Source of the DNA: Candidatus Magasanikiibacteriota bacterium | GTDB lineage: Bacteria > Patescibacteriota > Patescibacteriia > Magasanikbacterales > GWA2-37-8 | Direction of reading: 5' to 3' | DNA: 64,000 nucleotides | Assembly (NCBI GenBank): GCA_026396515.1 | Contig: JAPLWQ010000001.1 | Span: forward strand, 564-64,563 | Part shown: in pieces, positions 49,385 through 58,788 of the stretch | Numbering within the stretch: the first letter of the stretch is position 1 | Layout: the number at the start of each line of letters is the position of its first letter | Notes under the pieces: model-generated | What the model saw: only the letters and a program-made list of their open reading frames with translations | Databases searched by the model: none | What the model was told of the DNA's origin: nothing | Position numbers and translations under genes: made by a program

Positions 49385-49726
49385 ATGTCCGTAAAACAAC
49401 ACAGCCGCGGAGGAAATGTCGACCGTTCATGGCAAAAGCGCCGGGCCGATGCCTTTGGGAAAGTCAGTGATGGGTTGGTGGATGTGGCTAATGCCAAAAA
49501 ACAAAAAATTTCTGACCGGCTCAAAGCCACCGGTCTGAAAGAGAAAAAAGTATATAAGGCAAAATTGGGCGATGATATGCGCGCATTCGAATATGCCGTA
49601 ACGAAAATCGACCGGCTGGAAGGCGATGTTTGGCTCAAGTCCGAACGCGGAAAAGTACGCAAAGCAAGGGTGTTTGACGCGATTTTCGGGCCGGTCGAGC
49701 GGCCGAAACACAAAGGAAAAAAGTAA
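49385..49726 (+). CDS. Basic hypothetical protein
   Basis: ORF starting just after the PMM stop and followed by hairpin AAGCGGGC/GCCCGCTT+T run. Confidence 0.65.
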   Translation: MSVKQHSRGGNVDRSWQKRRADAFGKVSDGLVDVANAKKQKISDRLKATGLKEKKVYKAKLGDDMRAFEYAVTKIDRLEGDVWLKSERGKVRKARVFDAIFGPVERPKHKGKK

Positions 49727-49792
49727 GATAAAAGTATTAAACAAGCGGGCCACCACGGCCCGCTTTTTTATTGATTCCGCCCTTCGGCGGGA

Positions 49793-49821
49793 TTGACAGT
49801 TGCACACTTTTGTGCTACAAT
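49793..49821 (+). promoter_or_regulatory. Promoter of the small orphan gene
   Basis: TTGACA-17bp-TACAAT with TG extension. Confidence 0.7.
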
Positions 49822-49860
49822 TCTGCTTTCCGTCCACAATGACGCAAAGGAGGCAATTGC

Positions 49861-50112
49861 ATGGGGAGCAGACAAGAAGAGGCAAAGCGGGAGGAATCGG
49901 TCTATGTTCCAAGGTTTGACGGTTTAGCCGGCGAGAGAAACGCGAAAAGCGGAAGCAGGCGCAATGTTCACGTTCGCGCCACGTCGGAAGAGCAGTCCCA
50001 AATGGCTGAAGAGCGCCGGTATCGGCGCGCACTCGAAGACCCGCCGGAACTGCGGGGAGAGGAGAGGCGCATTGTTGACCAGTTATCCCGGTTGACACGG
50101 CGCGGAAGGTAA
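49861..50112 (+). CDS. Small Arg/Glu-rich hypothetical protein (83 aa)
   Basis: AAAGGAGG SD, own promoter, hairpin GAGCCACCC/GGGTGGCTC at 50148-50168. Confidence 0.65.
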   Translation: MGSRQEEAKREESVYVPRFDGLAGERNAKSGSRRNVHVRATSEEQSQMAEERRYRRALEDPPELRGEERRIVDQLSRLTRRGR

Positions 50113-50176
50113 ATGTCCAAGAAGAATTAGCTCATTCGTAGCTTAAAGAGCCACCCTCGGGTGGCTCATTGTTTTT

Positions 50177-51082
50177 TTAGACGCCCATTGTTCGCAATTT
50201 TCGTATTCTTTCTTCAACCGGCGGGTGAGTGGAAAAAAGCGAAGCGAATTTTTTTCGCCCGCCTTTAAAGGGGTTGGAAATAAACATGTGAGCAGTGGCG
50301 GTAGATGCTTTTCGCATCGGCATATTTTCATTGGCAATTTTTTCCAGGGCGCTCGCCAAGCCGTCGGGATAGCGCGTTAAAAGCGCGCCCGAAGCGTCGG
50401 CCAGATATTCGCGCTTGCGGGAAATTGCCAATTTTATCAGTTCAGCAATAAATGGTGAAAGAATAGCCAATATGATGCCGACAATCATCAGAATAGCAAA
50501 AAGTTGTGAACCGCCTTCGCGATCATTGCTTTTTCCTCCGCGAAACAGTCCGCCGGAGCGGAGCATAAAATCGGCCATAATGGTAATGGCGCCCACCATT
50601 ACAGCCACCAGCATCATAAAACGGATGTCGTAATTTTTTATGTGTGACAGTTCGTGAGCGACTACGCCTTCCAGCTCTTCATTGGTAAGTTTTTCAATTG
50701 CCCCGCGGGTTACGGCAATGGAAGCGTTCTTCGGATTGCGCCCGGTGGCGAAAGCGTTGATTGCCGGATCCTCAATTAAATATATTTTTGGCATCGGCAC
50801 GCCGGCAGTAATACAGAGGTTTTCCACCAGGTGATAGATATATTTGTTTTCGTCGTGCGCGATCGGTTTGGCCCCGGAAACAGACAAAGCGATTTTGTCA
50901 CCGGAAAAATATGAGATGGCGGCCATGCCGAGCGAAAACAATATGGCGATAGTCAATCCGGTATAGGTTCTTCCTTCGCCGTACACTTGGTCAAAAATCC
51001 AGCCGAGCAAAATAATCATGGCGATAAAAATCATTGCCAGAAAAATTGATTTGCGCGTATTTGATGCAATTTCAGAGTACAT
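50177..51082 (-). CDS. htpX: Zinc metalloprotease HtpX (M48)
   Basis: NAFATGR, VAHELSH, SRKREYLAD, FSTHPP. Confidence 0.95.
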   Translation of the reverse strand: MYSEIASNTRKSIFLAMIFIAMIILLGWIFDQVYGEGRTYTGLTIAILFSLGMAAISYFSGDKIALSVSGAKPIAHDENKYIYHLVENLCITAGVPMPKIYLIEDPAINAFATGRNPKNASIAVTRGAIEKLTNEELEGVVAHELSHIKNYDIRFMMLVAVMVGAITIMADFMLRSGGLFRGGKSNDREGGSQLFAILMIVGIILAILSPFIAELIKLAISRKREYLADASGALLTRYPDGLASALEKIANENMPMRKASTATAHMFISNPFKGGRKKFASLFSTHPPVEERIRKLRTMGV

Positions 51083-51125
51083 ATATAAATATCAAACGAC
51101 CCCGTAGCCGGGGCCGTTTTTTCAT

Positions 51126-51692
51126 TTAGAATTTTACCTGCACATTCTGTTTTTCTCCATCGGCCGCCTGGAAGAAATCGTATTTTGTGAATTTCAGAGC
51201 GCCGGCGATCATATTGGTTGGGAACACCTGAATTTTGGTGTTGAAGTCGCGGACATTGCCGTTGTAAAATCTGCGGGCAGCTTGAATCTTGTTTTCAGTA
51301 TCGGATAGTTCATCTTGCAATTGCAAGAAATTCTGACTGGCTTTTAAATCAGGATAATTTTCTGAAACGGCAAACAAAGATTTCAGAGTGCTGGAAAGCA
51401 TGTTTTCCGCTTGTTCGCGCTGGGCCAAAGTAGCGTCTTTGTTATCATGTACAGCCATGGCCGAGGTGCGTGCTTCAGTCACTTTGGTGAGCGTACCTTG
51501 CTCATGTGTCATATAACCCTTTACTGTTTCCACTAAATTCGGTATCAGGTCATAGCGGCGTTTAAGTTGGACGTCAATGTCGCTGTATGCCTCATCCACT
51601 TGGTTTTTTCCCTTAACCAAGCCATTATATGTGGCAATCAGCCAAACGGCCACTATTGCCAATACAATGAGAATAATGTAAGATATACCCAT
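51126..51692 (-). CDS. lemA: LemA family protein
   Basis: YNGLV, IDVQLKRRYDLIPNLVETVKGY, ENYPDLKA, RRFYN. Confidence 0.96.
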   Translation of the reverse strand: MGISYIILIVLAIVAVWLIATYNGLVKGKNQVDEAYSDIDVQLKRRYDLIPNLVETVKGYMTHEQGTLTKVTEARTSAMAVHDNKDATLAQREQAENMLSSTLKSLFAVSENYPDLKASQNFLQLQDELSDTENKIQAARRFYNGNVRDFNTKIQVFPTNMIAGALKFTKYDFFQAADGEKQNVQVKF

Positions 51693-51770
51693 ATATTGTA
51701 TAAATTAGAGGTTAATTAATGTTAACCTTTTTATATTTTAGCTTATCTGTGTAAAAAGTAAAGATGCGCT

Positions 51771-53066
51771 ATGGTAACTCTTCTTATCTTCATTGCCGTA
51801 CTTGCCGTCTTGGTAATTACTCATGAACTCGGGCATTTTATTGCCGCGCGAAAAAGCGGTATAGCCGCACCGGAATTCGGTTTTGGTTTTCCACCGAGAA
51901 TTTTTGGCATTCAGGTGAAAAAAAATTTAAAGCTGGAAAAAATTTCAGAGCAGGAAAGCATCTCGGTTCAGATTGATCGCGGCCAAAACGAATTTGGAGA
52001 AGACGTGGTGCAGGAAACTATTATTGACGAAAAAAAAGAGATTGATATTATAAAATCAAAAAGAAAATGGCGTTTCGTCTGGGGCAACCGCGAGTTAAAC
52101 GAGGAAGATGAAAAATTCGGCACGGTTTATTCTTTAAACTGGCTGCCGCTCGGCGGATTTGTAAAAATTAAGGGGGAAAATGGTGAAAGTGTTGAAGCGG
52201 ACAGCTTCATGGTGCAGAAGACCTGGAAGAAAGCAATCGTAATTGTGGCTGGCGTGGCTATGAATGTGGTTTTGGCCGCAGTATTATTTTCTATCGGTTA
52301 TATGATCGGTCTGCCGACTTTGGTGGATAATATGGGTGATGTGAGCCAAGTGAAAGACCGCAAGCTGACAATCATGCAAGTTTTACCGGGCAAACCGGCT
52401 GAACTGGCCGGATTAAAAAGTGAAGATATAATTGTTAAAATTGGCGATTTGGAAAATCCGCGGTTATCGGAAATGCAGAAATATGTTGACGACCACAAGA
52501 GCGAAGAAATAAATATTTCCATAAAACGCGGCGAAGAAATTATCGAACAGAAGATCAAGCCGATAATATATGAAGAAACCGGTAAAGGAGGAATTGGCGT
52601 GGGCATTGCCGAACTGGGCACGGTTAAGTATCCGTGGTACCAGGCCATCTGGCGGGGTTTTATCGATACCTTCGTTTATATCAAAGAAATATTTATTGCT
52701 TTTTATTTTTTAATAGTCGGATTATTTGCCGGCCGAGGAGCGGGAGAAGCCGTATCCGGTCCTATTGGCATTGCGGTTATGACTGGGCAGGTGGCAAAAA
52801 TGGGCTTTATCTATTTATTGCAGTTTACAGCTATTTTGTCTTTAAATCTTGCAGTGATAAATATTTTGCCAATTCCGGCGCTCGACGGCGGTCGATTGCT
52901 GTTTTTGTTTTTAAACAAATTTAAAAAAATTAATTTTGCCAAATACGAACAGACCGCGCACGCCGTTGGCTTTATGCTCCTTATGCTTTTGGTACTGGTA
53001 GTGACAGTCAGAGATGTCGGAAATTTTAGGGATGTTTTTATCGGATTTTTTAAGCGAATTTTTTGA
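51771..53066 (+). CDS. rseP: RIP metalloprotease RseP (M50, one PDZ)
   Basis: HELGH, LPLGGFVKIKGE, PAELAGL PDZ, NILPIPALDGG. Confidence 0.95.
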   Translation: MVTLLIFIAVLAVLVITHELGHFIAARKSGIAAPEFGFGFPPRIFGIQVKKNLKLEKISEQESISVQIDRGQNEFGEDVVQETIIDEKKEIDIIKSKRKWRFVWGNRELNEEDEKFGTVYSLNWLPLGGFVKIKGENGESVEADSFMVQKTWKKAIVIVAGVAMNVVLAAVLFSIGYMIGLPTLVDNMGDVSQVKDRKLTIMQVLPGKPAELAGLKSEDIIVKIGDLENPRLSEMQKYVDDHKSEEINISIKRGEEIIEQKIKPIIYEETGKGGIGVGIAELGTVKYPWYQAIWRGFIDTFVYIKEIFIAFYFLIVGLFAGRGAGEAVSGPIGIAVMTGQVAKMGFIYLLQFTAILSLNLAVINILPIPALDGGRLLFLFLNKFKKINFAKYEQTAHAVGFMLLMLLVLVVTVRDVGNFRDVFIGFFKRIF

Positions 53067-53216
53067 TTTTAAAATATGCCTCGTAGAGAAATTTTGAACG
53101 ATTTTGCCATGCGGGCAAAATCAAAAGAATTATCGCGGAGCAATTAGAAATGATTTAAGTTAAAGAAAAATATTTATTTTTAATAGAGCACTTAATTAAA
53201 AATTCTTCTACGGGGT

Positions 53217-54248
53217 ATGAACGATAAAATTTTGAAAATTAAGCAGGTGGCGCTTGAGGCAATCCGCGAAGCAAAAGACCGGGAGGCTTTACGCGATGTT
53301 GAAAATGAATATTTTAGCCGGAAAGCAGGCGTGCTGACTGAAATGATGAAAAGCATTAAAGATTTGTCAGTTGAAGAAAAAAAGAAAGTTGGCCAGCTGG
53401 CCAATGAGACAAAGCAGGAAATTGAAAAAGCAATTGTTGAAAAAAATTATGAATTGAGTGAGGAAGATTGGGCGAACAGTTTGGCGGTTGAGAAAATTGA
53501 CCTGACTGCGCCGGTTCTGCCCCATGCGGAGCGAGGACATCTGCATCCGGTGTCCATTGTGCAAAAAGAGCTGGAAGAATTTTTTTCTTCAATGGGTTTT
53601 ATTATTGCCGACGGTCCGGAGTTGGAAAGCGATTATTTTAATTTTTCTTCTTTAAATATTCCGGCCGATCATCCGGCGCGCGATTCGCAGGATACTTTTT
53701 ACATAAAAAATCATCCCGACTGGGTGATGCGCACGCATACTTCGTCGCTCCAGGTCCGTTCAATGCAAAAATACGGCGTGCCGCTTCGAGTAATCATGCC
53801 TGGCAAGTGCTACCGCAATGAAGCGACCGACGCGCGACATGAACACACATTTTATCAGCTGGAAGGGCTGGTTATAAATGAAGCTATCACTATGGCGCAT
53901 ATGAAGGGAGTGTTGGAAGCGGTGGCAAAACATCTTTACGGGCCGGAGACACAAGTTCGGTTGCGTCCGAAATTTTATCCGTTTGTCGAGCCGGGCGTGA
54001 ATGGCGAAGTGACATGTTTCTTGTGCGACGGCGCCGGTTGCAAGGTGTGCAAAAATACCGGCTGGATGGAAATATTCGGCGCCGGCATGATTCATCAGAG
54101 TGTATTAAAAGAAGGAGGAATCGATCCGGAAAAATATCAGGGTTTTGCTTTCGGTTTCGGATTAACTCGTTTGGTCATGCTTAAATATGGCATTGAGGAT
54201 GCCCGCATTTTACAGAGCGGTGACTTGAGGTTTATTAAACAGTTTTAA
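53217..54248 (+). CDS. pheS: Phenylalanine--tRNA ligase alpha subunit
   Basis: HPARDSQDTF, RTHTS, FYQLEGL, YPFVEPG, GFAFGFG. Confidence 0.98.
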   Translation: MNDKILKIKQVALEAIREAKDREALRDVENEYFSRKAGVLTEMMKSIKDLSVEEKKKVGQLANETKQEIEKAIVEKNYELSEEDWANSLAVEKIDLTAPVLPHAERGHLHPVSIVQKELEEFFSSMGFIIADGPELESDYFNFSSLNIPADHPARDSQDTFYIKNHPDWVMRTHTSSLQVRSMQKYGVPLRVIMPGKCYRNEATDARHEHTFYQLEGLVINEAITMAHMKGVLEAVAKHLYGPETQVRLRPKFYPFVEPGVNGEVTCFLCDGAGCKVCKNTGWMEIFGAGMIHQSVLKEGGIDPEKYQGFAFGFGLTRLVMLKYGIEDARILQSGDLRFIKQF

Positions 54249-54251
54249 GAT

Positions 54252-56720
54252 ATGAAACTCTCATTTAATTGGCTTAAACAATACGTAAATTTGCCAGATT
54301 CGGTTTCAGCCTTGGAAGTGGCGGAAAAATTGAAAATGGCCACGGTTGAAGTGGAGGAGATAGATCGGCAAGACGCCCTGCTTGATAATGTTGTTATTGG
54401 AAAAGTACTAAAAGTAGAGAAACACCCGGAAGCCGATAAATTGAAACTTTGCGAGGTGGATATAAAAAATGAGAAACTTCAAATTGTTTGCGGCGGTTCA
54501 AATGTGCGGGAGGGTATGCTTGTGGCTCTCGCCAAAGTTGGCGCAAAAGTTAAGTGGCACGGACAGGAAGATCTGCTTGAATTAAAACCGACAGCCATCC
54601 GTGGCGTTGAATCGTTTGGTATGATTTGCAGCGCATCGGAAATCGGTTTGGATACTTTTTTTCCGGCCAAAGAACAAAAGGAGATTATTGATTTGACCGG
54701 CCGGATTTCGGAAAAGCAAGTGGGCAAGCCGCTGGCGGACGCTTTGGAGCTCAATGACGTTATTTTTGACATAGACAATAAGTCACTTAGTCATCGGCCG
54801 GATCTTTGGGGGCATTACGGAATGGCGCGTGAAGTGGCTGTGTTATTTGGAAAATCACTTAAAGAGTATGGCGCCGTCAAAATAAAGGAGCCTAAAAAAG
54901 ATTTTTTCGGTTTGAAAGTGGAAGTTAAAGACAAAAAATTATGTCCACGGTATATGGCAGCGGTATTGCGCGGTGTGAAAGTGGAAGAATCTCCAAATTG
55001 GCTGAAGGCAAAATTGATTTCCGCGGGATTCCGCCCGATAAATAATATTGTTGATATCACTAATTATGTCTTGCTTGATTTGGGCCAACCGATGCATGCG
55101 TTTGACATGGAACAATTGGCCGGAAACAAGGAACAGCTGGCCAAGATAATTGTGCGTCGCGCCGAGAGCGGTGAAATGATTAAATTACTCGACGAAAATG
55201 TAATTGAATTGGTTTCGGAAGACCTGATAATCGCGGATGCGGAAAAACCGCTGGCGCTCGCCGGTGTTATGGGTGGAGAACATAGCGGTATTACCGAAAA
55301 AACAACGACAATAATTTTTGAATCAGCCAATTTCAATGCTTCGTCGATCAGAAAAAGTTCGACTCGTCACGGGCTGCGCACTGATTCGTCGGCCAGGTTT
55401 GAAAAAAGTTTGGACCCGAATTGGTGCGAGATCGCGCTAAATAAAGCGGTTGAATTGGCGCATAAATTTTGTGCCACAGCTGAATTGGCCGATAAGATTT
55501 CCGATATCTCCGACTTTACTTTGGCGGTCGGGCCGATAGTGATGCAAAAAAATATATTTGAAAAAAAACTCGGCGAAAAAATCCCGGAAAAAGAAATCAC
55601 AAAAATATTAACCGGGCTTGGTTTTAAGGTCTCGGCGCAAAGCGACAAGTGGGCGGTAGAAATTCCCACCTGGCGTGCCACAAAAGATGTATCCGGTGCC
55701 GAAGATTTAATAGAGGAGGTGGCCAGGATTTGGGGTTACGAACAAATTGCCTCCGCCATGCCGGAATTTGGCATCACAGCGCCTGAAAAAAATAAATTGA
55801 GCGCTTTAGAACATGACCTGCGCGATATTTTTGCCGGCAGCTTCTCATTTGATGAGGTATATAATTACTCATTTGTCAGCCCGTCTCAAATAGAGCGCCT
55901 TGGCGATAAGGGCGAGTACACGGAGCTTGATAATCCGCTTTCAAAGGAAAAACCATATTTGCGGCGCTCGCTTTTGCCGAATATGATGGAAAACGCGGTA
56001 AAAAATATTGAGTTTTTTGATACAGTAAGAATTTTTGAAATTGGCAAAGTTTTTTGGCCGGATATGGCCGGTGCCAGAGTGGATAGCAATGGCTCCGAGT
56101 TGCTGCCCCGGCAAGACACTTATCTTTCGGCACTTTATTGTGAAAAAAAAGATGAAGCGCCTTTTTCGGCTGTACGCCGATCGGTTGAAAGAATGGGTGA
56201 GGTTTTAAATTTGGATTTCAAAATTAACGCGCTATCGCACGTTGCCCCATGGATGCATCCGACACGGGCCGGGGAAATTATTTGTGATGGTATTTTTGTA
56301 GGAGTGATATATGAGGTCAATCCGTTTATTGCGAAAAAATTCGGTTTGGATTGTCGCGTTTCATTTTTGGAAATTAATTTGGAGACCTTGGTTGAAATCG
56401 GCGAAAAAGCAAAGAAGGCAACCTATCGGAAGGTGCCGGATTTTCCTTCGGTAGTCCGCGACCTGGCTTTTGTGGTTGATGGCGACATCACCCACGCTCA
56501 GGTTGAAGAATGTTTGAAATCAATTGACCCGCTGGTTGAAAGCGTGGAGTTGTTTGATGTTTATATTGGCGACGCTGTTTCCGAAGGAGAGAAAAGTATG
56601 GCTTATCGGCTTACTTTATCACGGCCGGATAAAACTCTGAGTTCCTCTGAAGTGGACGCGGTATTGATTAAGGCGGGTAGCGCGCTCAAGAAAAAATTTG
56701 GAGCAGAGGTAAGAAGATAG
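54252..56720 (+). CDS. pheT: Phenylalanine--tRNA ligase beta subunit
   Basis: HPEADKL, RGVESFGMICS, INNIVDITNY, EEVARIWGY, VRDLAFVV FDX-ACB domain. Confidence 0.98.
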   Translation: MKLSFNWLKQYVNLPDSVSALEVAEKLKMATVEVEEIDRQDALLDNVVIGKVLKVEKHPEADKLKLCEVDIKNEKLQIVCGGSNVREGMLVALAKVGAKVKWHGQEDLLELKPTAIRGVESFGMICSASEIGLDTFFPAKEQKEIIDLTGRISEKQVGKPLADALELNDVIFDIDNKSLSHRPDLWGHYGMAREVAVLFGKSLKEYGAVKIKEPKKDFFGLKVEVKDKKLCPRYMAAVLRGVKVEESPNWLKAKLISAGFRPINNIVDITNYVLLDLGQPMHAFDMEQLAGNKEQLAKIIVRRAESGEMIKLLDENVIELVSEDLIIADAEKPLALAGVMGGEHSGITEKTTTIIFESANFNASSIRKSSTRHGLRTDSSARFEKSLDPNWCEIALNKAVELAHKFCATAELADKISDISDFTLAVGPIVMQKNIFEKKLGEKIPEKEITKILTGLGFKVSAQSDKWAVEIPTWRATKDVSGAEDLIEEVARIWGYEQIASAMPEFGITAPEKNKLSALEHDLRDIFAGSFSFDEVYNYSFVSPSQIERLGDKGEYTELDNPLSKEKPYLRRSLLPNMMENAVKNIEFFDTVRIFEIGKVFWPDMAGARVDSNGSELLPRQDTYLSALYCEKKDEAPFSAVRRSVERMGEVLNLDFKINALSHVAPWMHPTRAGEIICDGIFVGVIYEVNPFIAKKFGLDCRVSFLEINLETLVEIGEKAKKATYRKVPDFPSVVRDLAFVVDGDITHAQVEECLKSIDPLVESVELFDVYIGDAVSEGEKSMAYRLTLSRPDKTLSSSEVDAVLIKAGSALKKKFGAEVRR

Positions 56721-56782
56721 TCGCGAGTTTTTGTGATTAGTGGTATAATATTACTTGTAATTAATATTAACTTTGGAGGGGT

Positions 56783-57169
56783 ATGATAGAAAATTCAAAA
56801 GACATTTTATACATCGTTATTTCTTTCTGTATTATTTGGGCAACTGTGTTTCTTTGCTGGATGTTTTATTACGCCGGGAGAATATTAAAAAATACCAATC
56901 AGATTATTGAAGAATTTCGCGTGCGTTTGCAGGCATTATCCGAGGCGATTAGCTATATTCAGGAAAAAGTTGAGAGTATGTCATTTTTAATGAGCACGGC
57001 GATGAAAGGGGCGGGTACGGCGGTGAAGGATATAATAAAATCAAAGGCCAAGACATGGATGGAAAAAAAATCGGACGATTTTAACCGGACAGCGAAAGAA
57101 GCGGTAGATAAAGCAGTAGATGCAACTGCCGCCGGTATGAAGAAAGCGGCAAATAGAATAAAGAAATAA
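56783..57169 (+). CDS. Single-TM hypothetical protein with coiled coil
   Basis: N-terminal hydrophobic helix; GGAGG upstream. Confidence 0.8.
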   Translation: MIENSKDILYIVISFCIIWATVFLCWMFYYAGRILKNTNQIIEEFRVRLQALSEAISYIQEKVESMSFLMSTAMKGAGTAVKDIIKSKAKTWMEKKSDDFNRTAKEAVDKAVDATAAGMKKAANRIKK

Positions 57170-57203
57170 AAAAAATCCTCAGCCCTGGGCTGAGGATTTT
57201 TTT
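57169..57203. terminator. Bidirectional terminator, repeat of 45-79
   Basis: AAAAAAATCCTCAGCC-CTG-GGCTGAGGATTTTTTT. Confidence 0.8.
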
Positions 57204-58683
57204 AATCGATAAGTTTGAGCAAATAATTGTCAGTCGGCGCGAAGTCATCGGTGAGAACAGGCAAATCATCGCCAATTGGTTTTATCCAGCGATAACTTAG
57301 AAGCGTGGCCATTTGAGCATCATCGCTGTTCCAATCGACACGCGGTTTTTTCATAGCGACAATTATCAAGTTTTGAACCCGAAATCCGCTGTCCGTCTTT
57401 CTTACTGTGAATAATTGGACATCGGGGAAAACAGATTTATATGTTTTGTATTCCGCCCGAAGGAATTCACCCTTATCGCCGTCGATGGCAGAAATAATAT
57501 TTACAAGAGCAATGCCGTCGTCGCTTAAACTGTTATACATTTTTTCAACTGCTTCTTTGGTGGTTAGCTGGTGTGGCGGCGAAAATGATTTAAAAGCGTC
57601 GCCGAAAATCAGATCAAATTTTTCTTCATTACGGTTTAAAAATACTCGGCCGTCCTCATGAACAATTCTTATGCGGGGGTCGTCGGTCAAACGAAAATAT
57701 TTTTTTGCTAATTCGGTTATTTTCGGGTCAATTTCCGCTACGGTCATTTTTGTGCCGGAGGTTGTTTGTAGAAAATGGCGCGGATAGGTATAGGCGGCGC
57801 CGCCGATCATCAGCGCGTTTTTTGCGTCCGGATTCAGATATTTGTGTAAATCAAAAAATTTTGTGTATTCAAAAACCAGATCGTCGCCGTCTAAAAACAT
57901 GCCGGATTGAGTGGAGAAATTATCGGTTCTCAAAAATCTTGCCTCGCGGTTTGTATCTTGATATTCTCCGTCGAATATTTGTATTCGTTGATACGCTGAA
58001 TCAGTGTCCACCAGACCCCTTTGCGCTGCGAATATTTGTATAGCTGAAGAAAAGGAGCCAAAGCAAATCAAAATTACTATTGTAGTGATTTTTGCCTTTA
58101 ATTCAGCTTTGCTGAATGAGGCGATTGAAACAACTATCAGTGAAATCGCTAAAATATAAAGAATCTTTGTCGTGCCGAATGTGGCGAGAAGATAAAAACC
58201 GGCCAGGAATGTGCCGAAAATACTGCCCAAAGTTGAAATGGCATACAGATTGCCGACGGTTTTCCCGGAGTTTTGAACGTCATGGATTTTTAGCCTTACC
58301 GCGTATGGTGATACCATGCCGAGCATTAAGCTGGCCGGGACAAATAGAATGCAGGTTGAAACAATAGAGTTTGTTCTGATGTTTTTTATTATTTCCTGAA
58401 GTGTGATGAGTATCGGTTCTTTAAAAATTGCTGTCAGACCGATAAAAATGGCAGCTAAAAAAATTATGCCGGAAAAAGTTTTCCAGTTGGGCAATTTATC
58501 GGCGATTTTTCCGCCCCACCAATAGCCAAAACTCAAAGCGCCGAGAATTAAACCGATTAAACTGGACCAGACAATCAGTGATGTGCCAAGATATGGCGCC
58601 ATGACGCGTGAACCGGCAAGTTCAAGGATCATCACTACTGCGCCACAAATAAAAACGATTATTTCCAATAGATACTTTTTCAT
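57202..58683 (-). CDS. Fused membrane / spermidine-synthase-like SAM-dependent protein
   Basis: Several TM helices (MILELAGSR, GNLYAISTLGSIFG) then ALMIGGAAY, AEIDP, HEDGR, DLIFGDAF, LTDDFAP. Confidence 0.9.
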   Translation of the reverse strand: MKKYLLEIIVFICGAVVMILELAGSRVMAPYLGTSLIVWSSLIGLILGALSFGYWWGGKIADKLPNWKTFSGIIFLAAIFIGLTAIFKEPILITLQEIIKNIRTNSIVSTCILFVPASLMLGMVSPYAVRLKIHDVQNSGKTVGNLYAISTLGSIFGTFLAGFYLLATFGTTKILYILAISLIVVSIASFSKAELKAKITTIVILICFGSFSSAIQIFAAQRGLVDTDSAYQRIQIFDGEYQDTNREARFLRTDNFSTQSGMFLDGDDLVFEYTKFFDLHKYLNPDAKNALMIGGAAYTYPRHFLQTTSGTKMTVAEIDPKITELAKKYFRLTDDPRIRIVHEDGRVFLNRNEEKFDLIFGDAFKSFSPPHQLTTKEAVEKMYNSLSDDGIALVNIISAIDGDKGEFLRAEYKTYKSVFPDVQLFTVRKTDSGFRVQNLIIVAMKKPRVDWNSDDAQMATLLSYRWIKPIGDDLPVLTDDFAPTDNYLLKLID

Positions 58684-58788
58684 AAAAATGTGATTATTGT
58701 GATGTAATTCTATCAAACTGCGCCAAATTAATCAATCATAATTCCGGCTTGCTATTGCTTAAAATCTACGGTAATATAAGCCGATAAT

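Noticed and set aside
49427-50098. 223-aa minus-strand ORF
   Set aside because: It crosses two plus-strand genes, a terminator and a promoter; no recognisable motif.
53067-53216. Possible T-box upstream of pheS
   Set aside because: Only a short hairpin (GATTTTGCC/GGCAAAATC) is visible; no T-box consensus (GGTGGnACCGCG) or specifier stem.
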